Of a stretch of DNA of 64,000 nucleotides, positions 30,301 to 44,104 are shown piece by piece (the stretch's first letter is position 1; each line of letters begins with the position of its first letter). A program made the position numbers and the translations under genes. The DNA lies in NCBI RefSeq assembly GCF_009914755.1, contig NC_060931.1; one strand, 5' to 3'. The notes below the pieces were generated by a model. That model saw only the letters and a program-made list of their open reading frames with translations, was not told where the DNA came from and did no database searches. This DNA is from the human T2T-CHM13v2.0 reference genome, Homo sapiens.

Positions 30301-32420
30301 CAGTTGTTTTACTTTAGGACAAGAATCTACCATACAAGATTGTTTTTTATATAACATCTGTTTTCTTTACAACCTTCTTTGCATAGCTAGGGGGCATGGC
30401 TAATTTCACATGTCCCCAGCCCTATCTACAATCTAATGCTCCTAAATAAATTGAACAATTTTCAAAAGTCAAAGAAGCCATTTATGACCGTAAAGTATTT
30501 GGAAAACCTGATACCTGATCTGCATAATTTACACCAAATGTTACATTTTTGAAGAATTTTTGTTTTACCAATAATCTTTATTAAAACTGTCTTGATTTCC
30601 CTAAGATTACTAAAGTCACATGAACTGAACATCATTCTACTTTTTACTTTTCTGAAAAAATATTTGATTTAAGTTCTTCTTATTAATAAACTAATTAGAG
30701 CTCTTTCATATATAAACATCACACACATAATACATTTAAATATGGAGACACGCAGAAGATGAAGGACTCCTTCCCTAAGCCAGGAATTGAACCCTGGACC
30801 GGGGCCGCCATTGTGAAAAGAGAAAGCATGGCCACAAGGTTACAAGGTCAAGCTCCCAAGGACATACAAGACGAGGGAAACCTCGTCCAGTTTTAGTTTT
30901 TTGGGGGACTTGCAGCAAAGTTTGTAACTGACCAGTTTGCTGGGCCATCTTGAAAGCAGGCTTACAGGTGTCCTAACCCTATGTTCTCTCCTAAGGTACC
31001 CCTCTTTATGACAGAACAATACAGAAAGACAAAGTACACCAGATTGGCTACAGGTTAAGATTAGGCTTTCAAATCATTTCTCCCATTAATCAAAACTTTA
31101 CAGAGGAGACAGTGATTTTTACCATTCATTCAACTGGTTTGCACAGAGGGGAAGGGAAGGGAAAAAGGGAAGGGAGCATGGCTTGTGGCAGTGTGGGGAA
31201 GGTGAGGTGCTCAGGGAGGCCAGAGAAAGACCTGCCCATTGGTGCCAACACTGAATCAAAAGTTCAGCCAGTTGCTTTTCAGTCGAGACGGGATCTTTTC
31301 CAGCATTCCCATTTGCTCTCAAGTTTCCCCTTTTAGGGAGGAAAAAGATTCCTCTGTCCCACAATCCTACATGCGCCTAATCCTCTCACCCATAACCATA
31401 AGCAAAAAGTGCAAGGCAGATTATTCCAAAGAGAATAGCAATTAACATCCCATAGTGCCAAACCCATTCTTAGCCAAAAGGGACTTTACTGAGAGGGGCC
31501 TCTAACTTCCTAAATCTTAGAAGGGATTCTAACCCTCCTAAATTTGCCTTCAAATCCAGGGTCGGTCAAGTTTCCTTGCTTTTTAATAAGAGGGGCTTTT
31601 AACCCACTTTGACTTAAGGAGAGACCCTAACTCCCCTAAGTTGACCTCTAACCCAATGCCATCCTTCAGCCGAGTACCCAACCACTCACCCAAGGTCGGC
31701 CAACCAGTGCTGTCATCTCTTTCCTTTGGTTTGGGGCTGAGGGCTTTCTTCAGTATCGTCCCTTCGGGGCTTGCCAGAAAGATGTTACCAGACCCCAACA
31801 CTTACCCAATATTAGCCTTTGAGTCGGGGGTTTTCTCACTATTGTCCCTTCCATGGTTGCCAGAAGGATGTTACAGGAAAGGGGTCCCAATCCAGACCCC
31901 AAGGGAAGGTTCTTGGATCAGGCGCAGAAAATAATTCAGGGTGAGTCCACAGAGTAAAGTGAAAGCAATTTATTAGGAAAGTAAAAGAATAAAAGAATGG
32001 CTACTCCATAATCAGAGCAGCCCTAAGGACTGCTGGTTGCCCGTTTGTATGGTTATTTCTTGATGATATGCCAAACATGGAGTGGATTATTTATGCCTCC
32101 CCTTTATAGGCCATATAGGGTAACGTCCTCATGTTGCCATGGCATTTGTAAACTGTCATTGTGCTGGTGGGAGTGTAGCAGTGAGGATGACCGGAGGTCA
32201 CTTTTGTCAGCATCTTGGTTTTGGTGGGTTTTAGCCGGCTTCTTTACTGCAACCTGTTTTATCCGCAAAGCCTTAATAACCTGTATCTGTGCTGAACTCC
32301 TGTCTCATCCGTTGACTTCGAGCGCCTTAACCTTCTGGAAATGCAGCCCAGTAGGTCTCAGCCTTATTTCACCCAGCCCCTATTCAAGATGGAGTTGCTC
32401 TCATTCAAACACCTCTAACA
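27305..32420 (-). mobile_element. MER41A two-LTR ERV1-class element (LTRs 27305-27856 and 31869-32420, non-coding internal region)
   Basis: Both 552-nt LTRs match recalled MER41A (minus strand TGTCAGA...GAACCAGAGCAACTCCATCTTGAATAGGG). PPT at 27857-27873, PBS at 31844-31862, 4-bp TSD AAAT at 27301-27304 and 32421-32424. Confidence 0.88.
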
Positions 32421-32499
32421 AAATAATCTCAACTGCAAAGATGAGATATAATCAATAATTATCCAATGTTTAAAGTGCACCAACATCTTGAAACAGCAA

Positions 32500-33668
<1,169 letters not shown>

Positions 33669-34010
33669 GCAACAATAAATGGATATATCTTGCAAAAAAA
33701 GTTATGAGACCAGCCAGAGATGATCACTAAGAATAATTAATATCATGAAAGCAAAGGAGAATGTTTTATTTGTAGGAAAGAAATAGGCAGTTATGGAAAA
33801 GAATGGATATTGATTTTTAAAAACGTTGAAACTGAACAACGCTGGTAAAGTTTCTTCAAAGTTCTATTTTTTTAGGTAAAAACATTAGCTACTTGATTTA
33901 AGAAAATGAAGAAAACATATTCTTTGAAAATGCTTTGATAAAGATAAAGCTGTACAAATTCAGTTTAACAATAAATGTTTGTCAAATGAATAACTTTCTT
34001 TTAATTTAAG

Positions 34011-34092
34011 GTGCTGTATTTTGGGATGTTATCCCTCAGAGGATTATTTTCTTGAAAAGGAAGGCATTTTTCTCCTTTTGGATTTGTTAGCA
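34011..34092 (+). CDS. CFAP69: CFAP69 exon 16, CCILGCYPSEDYFLEKEGIFLLLDLLA
   Basis: ttttaatttaag|GTGCTG ... AGCA|gtaagt; 82 nt. Confidence 0.93.
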
Positions 34093-36129
34093 GTAAGTAT
34101 GGCTATAACAATCATAAGACAAAAGACAAATATGTCTAATAAAGGCCGTTTCCAAACTGAATGCCACAGAGCACAAGTCTATGAATAAATGTGCCCCAAA
34201 TCATGTTCAAAGGTACGGTCTTAAACAAAATTGCTCCTAGAAATTCATAATACACAGTGTTTTAAAGGCTCTGAAAATTCCTCTGGTTGGAAAGTCATTT
34301 TACCAGTGTTTTTTCAGTGTTTTCAAATACACGGGAACAAAGAATTTGTTTTTCTTTGTACTCCATCAACCTGTTAAGAAACAGTTTGTGAAGAGCTTGA
34401 CCATATGAAAACCCATAGTCATTTATTAATAACTTCTAGTTTCTTCCCCTGATATTAAAAGATAAGGGCCACGTTAGACAAGGAGCAAAGATAAGCATTT
34501 TTAAAGAACTATGTATTATTTGGAGGTAACCTGAAGAAGTCTAGTGACTCATGGACCATTGTTTTGCAGAATGAGCAGATGTGAGCAAGCTAGGCCTTCC
34601 AATAGAGACAGTGCCATCTAGCAGCTGTGAAGAATATAGCCCCTTACTAGCCTCAATTCTAACTGGAATCCATAGTCAGGATGATATGGGAGGAAACGTA
34701 CAATTTTGTTTCAATAAAATTTTGAGAGAGATTCTCACACAGAGTTCTAGCCCGCTCCCTGTCCGTGATTCTATGATTGCCACTATTCTTGATTTTATTA
34801 ACAGAATAACAAACCTACTTTGATTTAGCAAAAGTGCTAAAATTATTTGTGCCCCTTAACCTCCCTGAAAGTTAGTTCATTTCTCTCTTTTCGATTTCTT
34901 TACCTGTAAAACAGAGATAACAACATTATATATCTTATTGTATTGTTGGAAGGATTAAATGAGTGATTGTATGTCTGTGTGTGCATCTAAGTGTGCATGC
35001 ATACATATATATTATAGATTAAATATAGTGCCTAACATGATTCCTGTATTTACTGTTATTATGAATATTATTGCTAGAATATATTTAATGCTGATTCAAC
35101 CAAATTAATTGCAAATTACAGATATTATTTAATGAAGATTTTATATCAATTTCAATCTTTCACATTTGCCTGTCTCCTGAAGTAGAGAAATAAAAAAACT
35201 CATTTCCTTGAGTGTTTTGCTTAATACAACTCTGCTGAAATATAAAGTATGTAATGATAACTGCTAATAATGGTTAAATGTTAATGAGAGCTGACTATGT
35301 ACCAGGGAGTCTCATATAACTCATAATAACCCTTTGCAGGTAATATTATTATCCTTTCATTTTATAAAAGGAAACTGATGATGTTCGCAATTAAAACAAA
35401 AGCTTACATATTTCCTTTGCTATATTCAAATAACAGTATACTGTAAAAGTTAATCAACAAAAAGTATTTCACATAGAAGAATTAGATTATGGAGGCCATT
35501 GCTCTGGATGGAATTTTCTATACCTAAATTTTGGTGTACTGAAAACTACTTGTAGCAAAATAAAGGAAATATGCTTTATAATAGGAGAATTTTTTTGAAT
35601 CCTTAAATACTCTTTTATGGATGATGATTGCCACAAAACCAAATTACATCTTGTTTTATTTTCATATGTGATTGTCATTTGCAGTTACCATCAGTTACTC
35701 TCTTAATAACAAAGAGATTACAGTTAGTATGAATCTTTACAAGCCTTAATAAAGCATATAAATTGGAAAGATCCTGTAATTACAGTGAACTCTGTATAAC
35801 ACTATCGAGCTTCGCCACTTAAAATGAACATCTTCACTTATTTGTGCAAATCTTTTTCCAACTCAGCCACATCAGTCACATTTTGGTCATGATATATGTT
35901 TATAATGACTTCAGAATTATATTAAATCTTTTACTTTTTATCCTTTTAAATTTCTAATGTTTGAAAATATAGTCATTACAATGGGTGTCCATTTTAACAG
36001 GAGATTTTCCTGACTCTGAGTTTAGAAGAAACTTAATGATAATAGAAGTGTTTCTCTCTTTTTTTTTTTGAAGACAATAATTCTTAATATTTATTGCAAC
36101 TTTTTTCCTTTTCTGTTTCCTTGCTAAAG

Positions 36130-36322
36130 TTGAACCAAAAAAAATTCTGTAATCTAATACTTGGAATAATGGTTGAATTTTGTGATAATCCCAAAACTGC
36201 AGCTCATGTCAATGCTTGGCAAGGGAAGAAGGATCAGACAGCTGCTAGTCTTTTAATTAAATTGTGGAGAAAGGAGGAAAAAGAACTAGGAGTAAAACGT
36301 GATAAAAATGGGAAGATCATTG
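36130..36322 (+). CDS. CFAP69: CFAP69 exon 17, LNQKKFCNLILGIMVEFCDNPKTAAHVNAWQGKKDQTAASLLIKLWRKEEKELGVKRDKNGKII
   Basis: ccttgctaaag|TTGAAC ... ATTG|gtgagt; 193 nt. Confidence 0.94.
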
Positions 36323-36899
36323 GTGAGTATATTTATAATTGTTAGTAGAAGCAATTAATGTATATATTTTAAAAGATCTTTAAATGGTATTAAGAAAGCA
36401 TCAGGCCTTTCACCCCTTTGTCTAAAGTTTTTTTTTTTTTTTTTACAAGGGTTTGAAAAATTTGCTATCCTAAGTGACTGGAAGAAAACTAAGTAAATTA
36501 GTAGTAGGTTCATATTTTTAGAGAATATTTTTAAGAAATGGTATTTAATTATATTCTTTTAACTAAAAAAAAATTAAAGTAGTTCCTAAAGATGCTTCTT
36601 TGGGTTTTCTGCTTTTATAGATAGATTCAATAATATTTCATTGAGATGTAAATAGATTGCTTCAAAATAATATTTTGGTATTTTATACATTTCTGTTCAT
36701 TTTTCCTTTTTCTAAATCCATTAGGCAACATGATCTGATTAATGTTTATAGAGTTTACTTTTTATATGAAAGAAGATATTGTTTCCTAAATAAAAATAGT
36801 CCAAATGTTCAAAAATTTTAATTACTAGATTCTAAATTAATGAGACTTACAGTATCATAATTTTTAGTTCATTTACATATTCCATACTGCTATATTACA

Positions 36900-37523
36900 T
36901 TTTTTTCTTTTTTTTTTGTGAGACAGGGTTTCACTCAGGTCACCCAGACTGGGGTGTGATGGTGCAATCTTGGCTCACTGAAACCTCTGCCTCCCAGGCT
37001 CAAGCGATTTTCCTGCCTTAGCCTCCCAAGTAACTGGGACTACAGGCATGCACTACCACACCCAGCTAATTTTTGTATTTTTTGTAGAGATGAGGTTTCA
37101 CCATGTTGCCCAGGCTGTTCTCAAGCTCCTGGGCTCAAGCGATCCACTCACCTCAGCCTCTGCCAAGTGTTGGGATTATAGGCATGAGCCACCACACCTG
37201 GCCAATATATTACATTTTCTTTTTTTCTTTTTTTTTTGGAGACAGAGTCTCGCTCTTTCGCCCAGGCTGGAGTGCAGTGACATGAACTCGGCTCACTGCA
37301 ACCTCCGCCTCCCAGGTTCAAATGATTCTTCTGCCTCAGCCTCCTGAGTAGCTGGGTCTACAGGCACGTGCCACCATACCCAGCTAATTTTTGTATTTTT
37401 TTAATTAGAGACAGGGTTTCACCATGTTGGCTAGGCTGGTCTTGAACTCCTGACCTCAGGGGATCTGCCCAACTCCACTTGCCAAAGTGCTGGGATTACA
37501 GACATGAGCCACTGCACCCCGCC
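36900..37523 (-). mobile_element. Two tandem antisense Alus (AluJ 36900-37203, AluS 37213-37523)
   Basis: Two full Alu bodies, each with a T-rich tail on the left. Confidence 0.88.
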
Positions 37524-37574
37524 TACATATTCTAAGCCTTTTAAGATTCTTATGGTTTCATCTAAACGGTTCAC

Positions 37575-39735
37575 TTTTTTTTTTTAATTTTATTTTAGGT
37601 TCAGGGGTACACATACAGGTTTGTTATATGGGTAAACTCATGTCACAAGGGTTTGTTGTACAGATTATTTTGTCACCCAGGTACTAAGCCTAGTACCCAA
37701 TAGTTATTTTTTCTGACCCTCTCCCTCCTCCTACTCTCTACCATCTAATAGGCCTCAGTGTGTGTTGTTCTCCTCCATGTGTCCATGAATTCTCATCATT
37801 TAGATCCCACTTATAAGTGAAGACATGCAGTGTTTGGTTTTCTGTTCCTGTGTTAGTTTGCTAAGGATAATGGCCTCCACCTCCATCCATGTTCCCTCAA
37901 AATACATGATCTCACTATTTTTATGGCTGCATAGCATTCCATGGTGTATATGGACCACATTTTCTTTATCCAGTCTGTCATGATGGGCATTTAGGTTGAT
38001 TCCATGTCTTTGCTATTGTGAATAGTGCTGCAGTGAACATTCATGTGTGTGTCTTTATGATAGAATGGTTTATATTCCTCTGAGCATATACTCAGTCACA
38101 GGATTGCTGGGTCGAATAGTAGTTCTGTTTTTAGCTCTTTGAGGAATTGCCACACTGCTTTCCACAATGGTTGAACTAATTTACACTCCCAGCAACAGTG
38201 TATAAGCATCCCCTTTTCTCCACAACCTTGCCGGTATGTTATTTTTTGACTTTTTAATAACAGCCATTCTGACTGATGTGAGATACTATTTCATTGTGAT
38301 TTGAATTTGAATTTTTCTAATAATCAGTGATATTGAGCTTTTTTCATATGCTTGTTGGCTGCATGTATGACTTCTTTTGAAAAGTGTCTGTTCATGTCCT
38401 TTGCCCACTTTTGAATGGGGTTGTGTTTTTTCTTATAAATTTGTTTAAGTTCGTTATAGATGCTGGATATTAGACCTCTGTCAGATGCATAGTTTGCACA
38501 AATTTTCTCCCATTCTGTTGGTTGGCTTTTCATCCTGTTGATAGTTTCTTTTACTGTGCAGAAGTTCTTAAGTTTAATTAGATCCCATTTGTCAATTTTT
38601 GCTTGTATTGTGATTCCTTTTGACATCTTTGTCATGAAATCTTTGCCCATTCCTAAGTCCAGATTGCTACTGCCTAGGTTGTCTTCCAGGGTTCTTATAG
38701 TTTTGGGTTTTACATTTAAGTCTTTAATCCAACTTGAGTTGATTTTTGTATATGGTATAAGGAAGAGGTCCAGTTTCAATTTTCTGCATATGGCTGGCTA
38801 GTTATCCCAGCACCATTTATTAAATAGGGAGTTATTTCCCCATTGCTTGTTTCTGTCAGCTTTGTTGAAGATCAAGTAGTTGTAGGTGTGTAGCCTTATT
38901 TCTGGGCTCTCTATTCTGTTATATTGAACTGTGTCTGTTTTTGTACCAGTACTATGCTGTTTTGGTTACTGTGGTCTTGTAGTTTAGTTTGAACTTAGGT
39001 AACGTGATGCCTGTAGTGTTGCTCTTTGTTTAGGATTTCCTTGGCTATTGGGGCTCTTTCTGGTTCCATATGATTTTTTGAATAGTTTTCTCTAGTTATG
39101 TGAAGATTGTTGTTGATAGCTTTATAGAAATACTATTGAATCTGTAAATTGCTTTGGGCAGTATAACCATTTTAATGATATTGATTCTTCCTATCCTTGA
39201 GCATGGGATGTTTTTCCATTTGTTTGTGTCATCTCTGATTTCTTTAAGCAGTATTTTCTAATTCTCATCATAGAGGTCTTTTGGCTCCCTGGTTAGCTGT
39301 ATTCCTAGGTATTTTATTCTTTTTATGGCAATTGTGAATGGGATTGTGTTTCTGACTTGGCTGTTGGCTTGGCTGTTGTTGGTGTGTAGGAATGCTAGTC
39401 ACTTTTGTACATTGATTTCGTGTCCCGCAACTTTGCTAAAGTTGTTTATCAGCTAAAGGAGCTTTTGGGCCGAGACTATGGAGTTTTCTAGATACAGACT
39501 CATGTCATCTGCAAACAGGGATAGTTTGACTTCCCCTCTTCCTGTTTGGATGCTTTTTTTTTTTCTTTCTCTTGCTTGATTGCTCTGGCCAAGATTTCCA
39601 ATACTATGTGGTGAAAGAGCGCATGCCTGTCTTGTGCCAGTTTACAAAGGGAATGCTTCCAGCTTTTCTCCATTCCATATAATGCTGGCTGTGGGTTTGT
39701 CATAGATGGCTCTTATTATTTTTAGATATGTTTCC
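37575..39735 (-). mobile_element. 5'-truncated older primate L1 (L1PA15/16-like), about 2.2 kb
   Basis: ORF 38324..38779 is L1 ORF2p C-terminal-like ([15 protein letters not shown]); L1PA 3' UTR and poly(A) at the left. Confidence 0.88.
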
Positions 39736-40220
39736 TTAAGTATTGTTTATTTTTAAATGTAAATACTTCCCCTTCTGATGACTTGTATCTTCAATCCATT
39801 TTTATTGTTTCTGAGTTTTGACCTATAGCATCATAAAATAGTTTTTATATTTATAGCATAATATATAGAAACCAAAAGTAAACAAGGTTACATCACTGTT
39901 AAACTGACATTACTCAAGTTCTGGATTTCAAAATTTTTTAAATTATTTACATAGAAGTTTTACTTTTAAAAAGTAATTTTGTGAAATTTTAATATTTTAC
40001 ATAAACAATAAAAATGAAGGCTCTAAGTTTTGCCACAGAGTGGGGAAGAAATAGCTGCTTAATTATTATTTCAAAAGTGTAACCGTGTAATAGGCACTAT
40101 TTTTTTGCTACAATATTTTTATATATTTTATGTTATCTAGACTAAAATCTCAAAATTAAGTATTTGTTTACTATGGTTTTTATCTGTCCCTTTTCTATTT
40201 TCATGCTATCCAATGATTAG

Positions 40221-40358
40221 ATACAAAAAAACCTCTATTTACTAGCTTTCAAGAAGAGCAAAAAATCATCCCACTGCCTGCTAACTGCCCATCTATTGCG
40301 GTTATGGATGTTTCTGAGAATATTAGAGCAAAAATTTATGCTATATTGGGCAAACTAG
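40221..40358 (+). CDS. CFAP69: CFAP69 exon 18, DTKKPLFTSFQEEQKIIPLPANCPSIAVMDVSENIRAKIYAILGKL
   Basis: gattag|ATACA ... CTAG|gtaaga; 138 nt. Confidence 0.93.
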   Translation: MQKNLYLLAFKKSKKSSHCLLTAHLLRLWMFLRILEQKFMLYWAN

Positions 40359-40479
40359 GTAAGAAGTTCTCTTCAAATTTGCAAGAGTCTGTTTTGCTAA
40401 GTATACACACTGATTTTACTTTGGAGACAGTTTTTCAAATATAATGAGCAAAAATCTCTTTATATAGAGAAATTCATTT

Positions 40480-40612
40480 TCCATTGTTACCCCAATTCCC
40501 AAACTGCACCCCTCACCAATTAAATCAGAATCTCTGTGTGTGGGATCCAGGCAATAGTATTTTTTAAAGCTCCCCAGGCAATTCCAATGTGCAGATAGGA
40601 TTAAGGACAGTT
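40480..40612. mobile_element. MER5A-type DNA transposon fragment
   Basis: aaatcagaatctctg...ttttaaagctccccaggcaattc motif. Confidence 0.65.
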
Positions 40613-40887
40613 AGTTTAGATGATTAAGCTTAAAATACTGACATTCTGAGTCACTTGAGTTTTTTTTTTTAAGTCTTTGCTGTCTATTAAGGAAAAAGTT
40701 TATCAAACACTCTTCAGCTTCTGAAGTAAGATATTATTGTCTGACTACAACACAGAAAGAAATGATTCCTATATATTGGATGACCTGGCAGAAATGTGTT
40801 ATAGAAAGAAGGCTACTCACAAGCTACTCACAGAATTAACTTTTTCATAAATCAAGATGAAATCAAAAGTAACTTTGCATTTGTTTT

Positions 40888-40895
40888 TAGATAGG

Positions 40896-40940
<45 letters not shown>
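40888..40940. repeat. (TAGA)n tetranucleotide microsatellite
   Basis: Seen directly; about 13 units with one TAGG interruption. Confidence 0.95.
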
Positions 40941-40995
40941 TCTTAGAATCACTTGCTCTGCTAAAGTAATTCTGTCTTTATAAACTTTATTTTAG

Positions 40996-41072
40996 ATTTT
41001 GAAAATTTACCTGGCCTATCTGCTGAAGATTTTGTCACCCTTTGTATCATACATAGATATCTTGATTTTAAA
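40996..41072 (+). CDS. CFAP69: CFAP69 exon 19, DFENLPGLSAEDFVTLCIIHRYLDFK
   Basis: tattttag|ATTTT ... TAAA|gtaagt; 77 nt. Confidence 0.93.
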
Positions 41073-41186
41073 GTAAGTATCTTTTTAATAACCTGATTAT
41101 TAAAATCTAGATAGCAAAAAATTAACTGGAAAATAAAATATCTATTCATGGTTGTGAGCAATCATCTACATACTGTATAGTTTTTA

Positions 41187-41920
<734 letters not shown>

Positions 41921-42171
41921 TACAGTTTCTTCTCTTTGGAGTTGAAATTAAATAAGTTTTTATTTATTAAAATAAATTATTAATACATTAAAGTATTATT
42001 TTATCATTACTTTATATTATGATCCAATCTTGATTAAAAGATAGTAGGTTACTTACCTTGCTAGTTATATTTGTCAGTAAATACTTTTGAAGTCTCAAGA
42101 AAGTCTTTTTAAGTTAACATTGTCCTTCTACTAATATTAGTACTGTATATTTGGATGTTGTAAATGAGTAA

Positions 42172-42465
<294 letters not shown>

Positions 42466-43151
42466 AGATGAATTTTTTCCTTATCATAGATATATAATTT
42501 TTTTCTTTAATTTTATGGGTCCAGCACACTTCTGCTGCACAACTCTGCTCTTTTTTCTCTAATTCTAAATACACTCAAGAACGTTAACTTCTAGACAGCC
42601 TAGAATATGAGATGGAGCCACTGACATGATGGAACCATGGGGTTAAAAGCTTGAGATTCCATTATAATTTGCCTTAGCTAGAAAGTGAGGGGCAGGGCCC
42701 CTTTCTCAGGGTGGCTGGGTTCTAGGGTCCTAGTAATCCCCACGTTCATTCTCCTAAAAGTTCATCTTGACCTAGCCTTCAATATAGGGCTTTAGGGAGG
42801 AAAGTAACGATAGTTCAGAAAGATCAGAATAAATCAGCAGTTTCTGCAGCTGTGAAATCAAGGTAACTATAAACTAGAGGGCAGTGATGATGGTGATGAT
42901 GGCAGGGAACTAGGCATAGGAGAGCCTTATCCATGAATAACATACCATTGAAAAACATTTGATAAATTCCTACTGAGTACTCAAATGTAGCTGGTACCCT
43001 CAATCATTCCCAATGCACTTATTCCCAGGAAGTAATTTAGGAAAAGTTTAAGTGTTAACAGGAGTGACTAACCATATAAAAAATTGTATAATTGTACAAT
43101 TGCATGATTTGTTTTTGGTTAATTTAACTTTGTTAAACTTTGTTATAACAG

Positions 43152-43349
43152 ATTGGAGAAATATGGAATGAAATATATGAAGAAATAAAATTAGAAAAAT
43201 TAAGACCAGTCACTACAGATAAAAAAGCTTTGGAAGCTATTACAACAGCATCAGAAAATATTGGAAAGATGGTTGCTTCTCTGCAAAGTGATATAATTGA
43301 AAGCCAAGCATGCCAAGACATGCAAAATGAACAAAAAGTATATGCAAAA
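43152..43349 (+). CDS. CFAP69: CFAP69 exon 20, IGEIWNEIYEEIKLEKLRPVTTDKKALEAITTASENIGKMVASLQSDIIESQACQDMQNEQKVYAK
   Basis: ttataacag|ATTGG ... CAAAA|gtaagc; 198 nt. Confidence 0.94.
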
Positions 43350-43361
43350 GTAAGCTACATA

Positions 43362-43644
43362 GGTAGTGAGGAGGGAGAATGAAGATAGGTTGGTTAATGG
43401 GCACAAAAATACAGTTAGATAGAATAAGTTCTGTTGTTCAATAGCACAGTAGGACAACTATAGTAACAATAATTTATTGTACATTTCAAAATACCCAGAA
43501 GACTTGGAATGCTCCTAACACAAAGAAATGATAAGTGTTTAAGGGGATGGATATCCCAATTACCCTGATCATTACACATTGTATGCACATATCAAAATAT
43601 CACATGTATGCCATAAATATGTACAACTATTATATATCAATAAG
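43362..43644 (+). mobile_element. L1MA-type 3' end fragment immediately after exon 20
   Basis: aaaaatacagttagatagaataagttct...ccataaatatgtacaactattatatatcaat; 15-bp TSD at 43347-43361 and 43645-43659. Confidence 0.8.
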
Positions 43645-43917
43645 AAAGTAAGCCACAGATACCATTAAGGCACAAGATAATAATTTCAATGTATAAACCC
43701 AGATGAAGTTATCCATAAGATATATTTTTCTTACTTGTGGGTGTTTCAGCCTTGAGTTATTTTGTGGTTTTCTCTTAGAGTTATTTTCAGTGTCTCTGTG
43801 CAGTTTTAAAAGAAACTATGGAGTTTGAGATTGAGTTACTATATTCAATGCTGTTTTTTTGCATTATAATTTTATTTCTACAGTCTTAAATTTTTAAAAG
43901 GCAGAGAGATACTTGAG

Positions 43918-43988
43918 ACATGCCACTGGACTCCAGCCTGGGTGACAGAGTGAGGTTCTGTCTCAAAAAAAAAAAGAAAAAAAAGAAA
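43918..43988 (+). mobile_element. 5'-truncated Alu 3' fragment
   Basis: gccactggactccagcctgggtgacagagtgag...poly(A), ending about 30 nt before the exon 21 acceptor. Confidence 0.8.
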
Positions 43989-44017
43989 CTGAAACTTAAT
44001 TATCTTTCTCATTTCAG

Positions 44018-44104
44018 ATACAGGCCACGCACAAGCAAAGAGAGCTGGCTAATAAATCATGGGAAGATTTCTTGGCTAGAACATCAAACGCTAAAACGTT
44101 AAAG
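44018..44104 (+). CDS. CFAP69: CFAP69 exon 21, IQATHKQRELANKSWEDFLARTSNAKTLK
   Basis: tctcatttcag|ATACAG ... AAAG|gtagga; 87 nt. Confidence 0.92.

Noticed and set aside
27305-32420. MER41 as a STAT1/interferon-gamma-inducible enhancer
   Set aside because: The LTRs are the short MER41A type; I saw no tandem TTCNNNGAA GAS motifs like those of MER41B
38324-38779. 151-aa ORF resembling a real protein
   Set aside because: L1 ORF2p C-terminal remnant within a truncated L1
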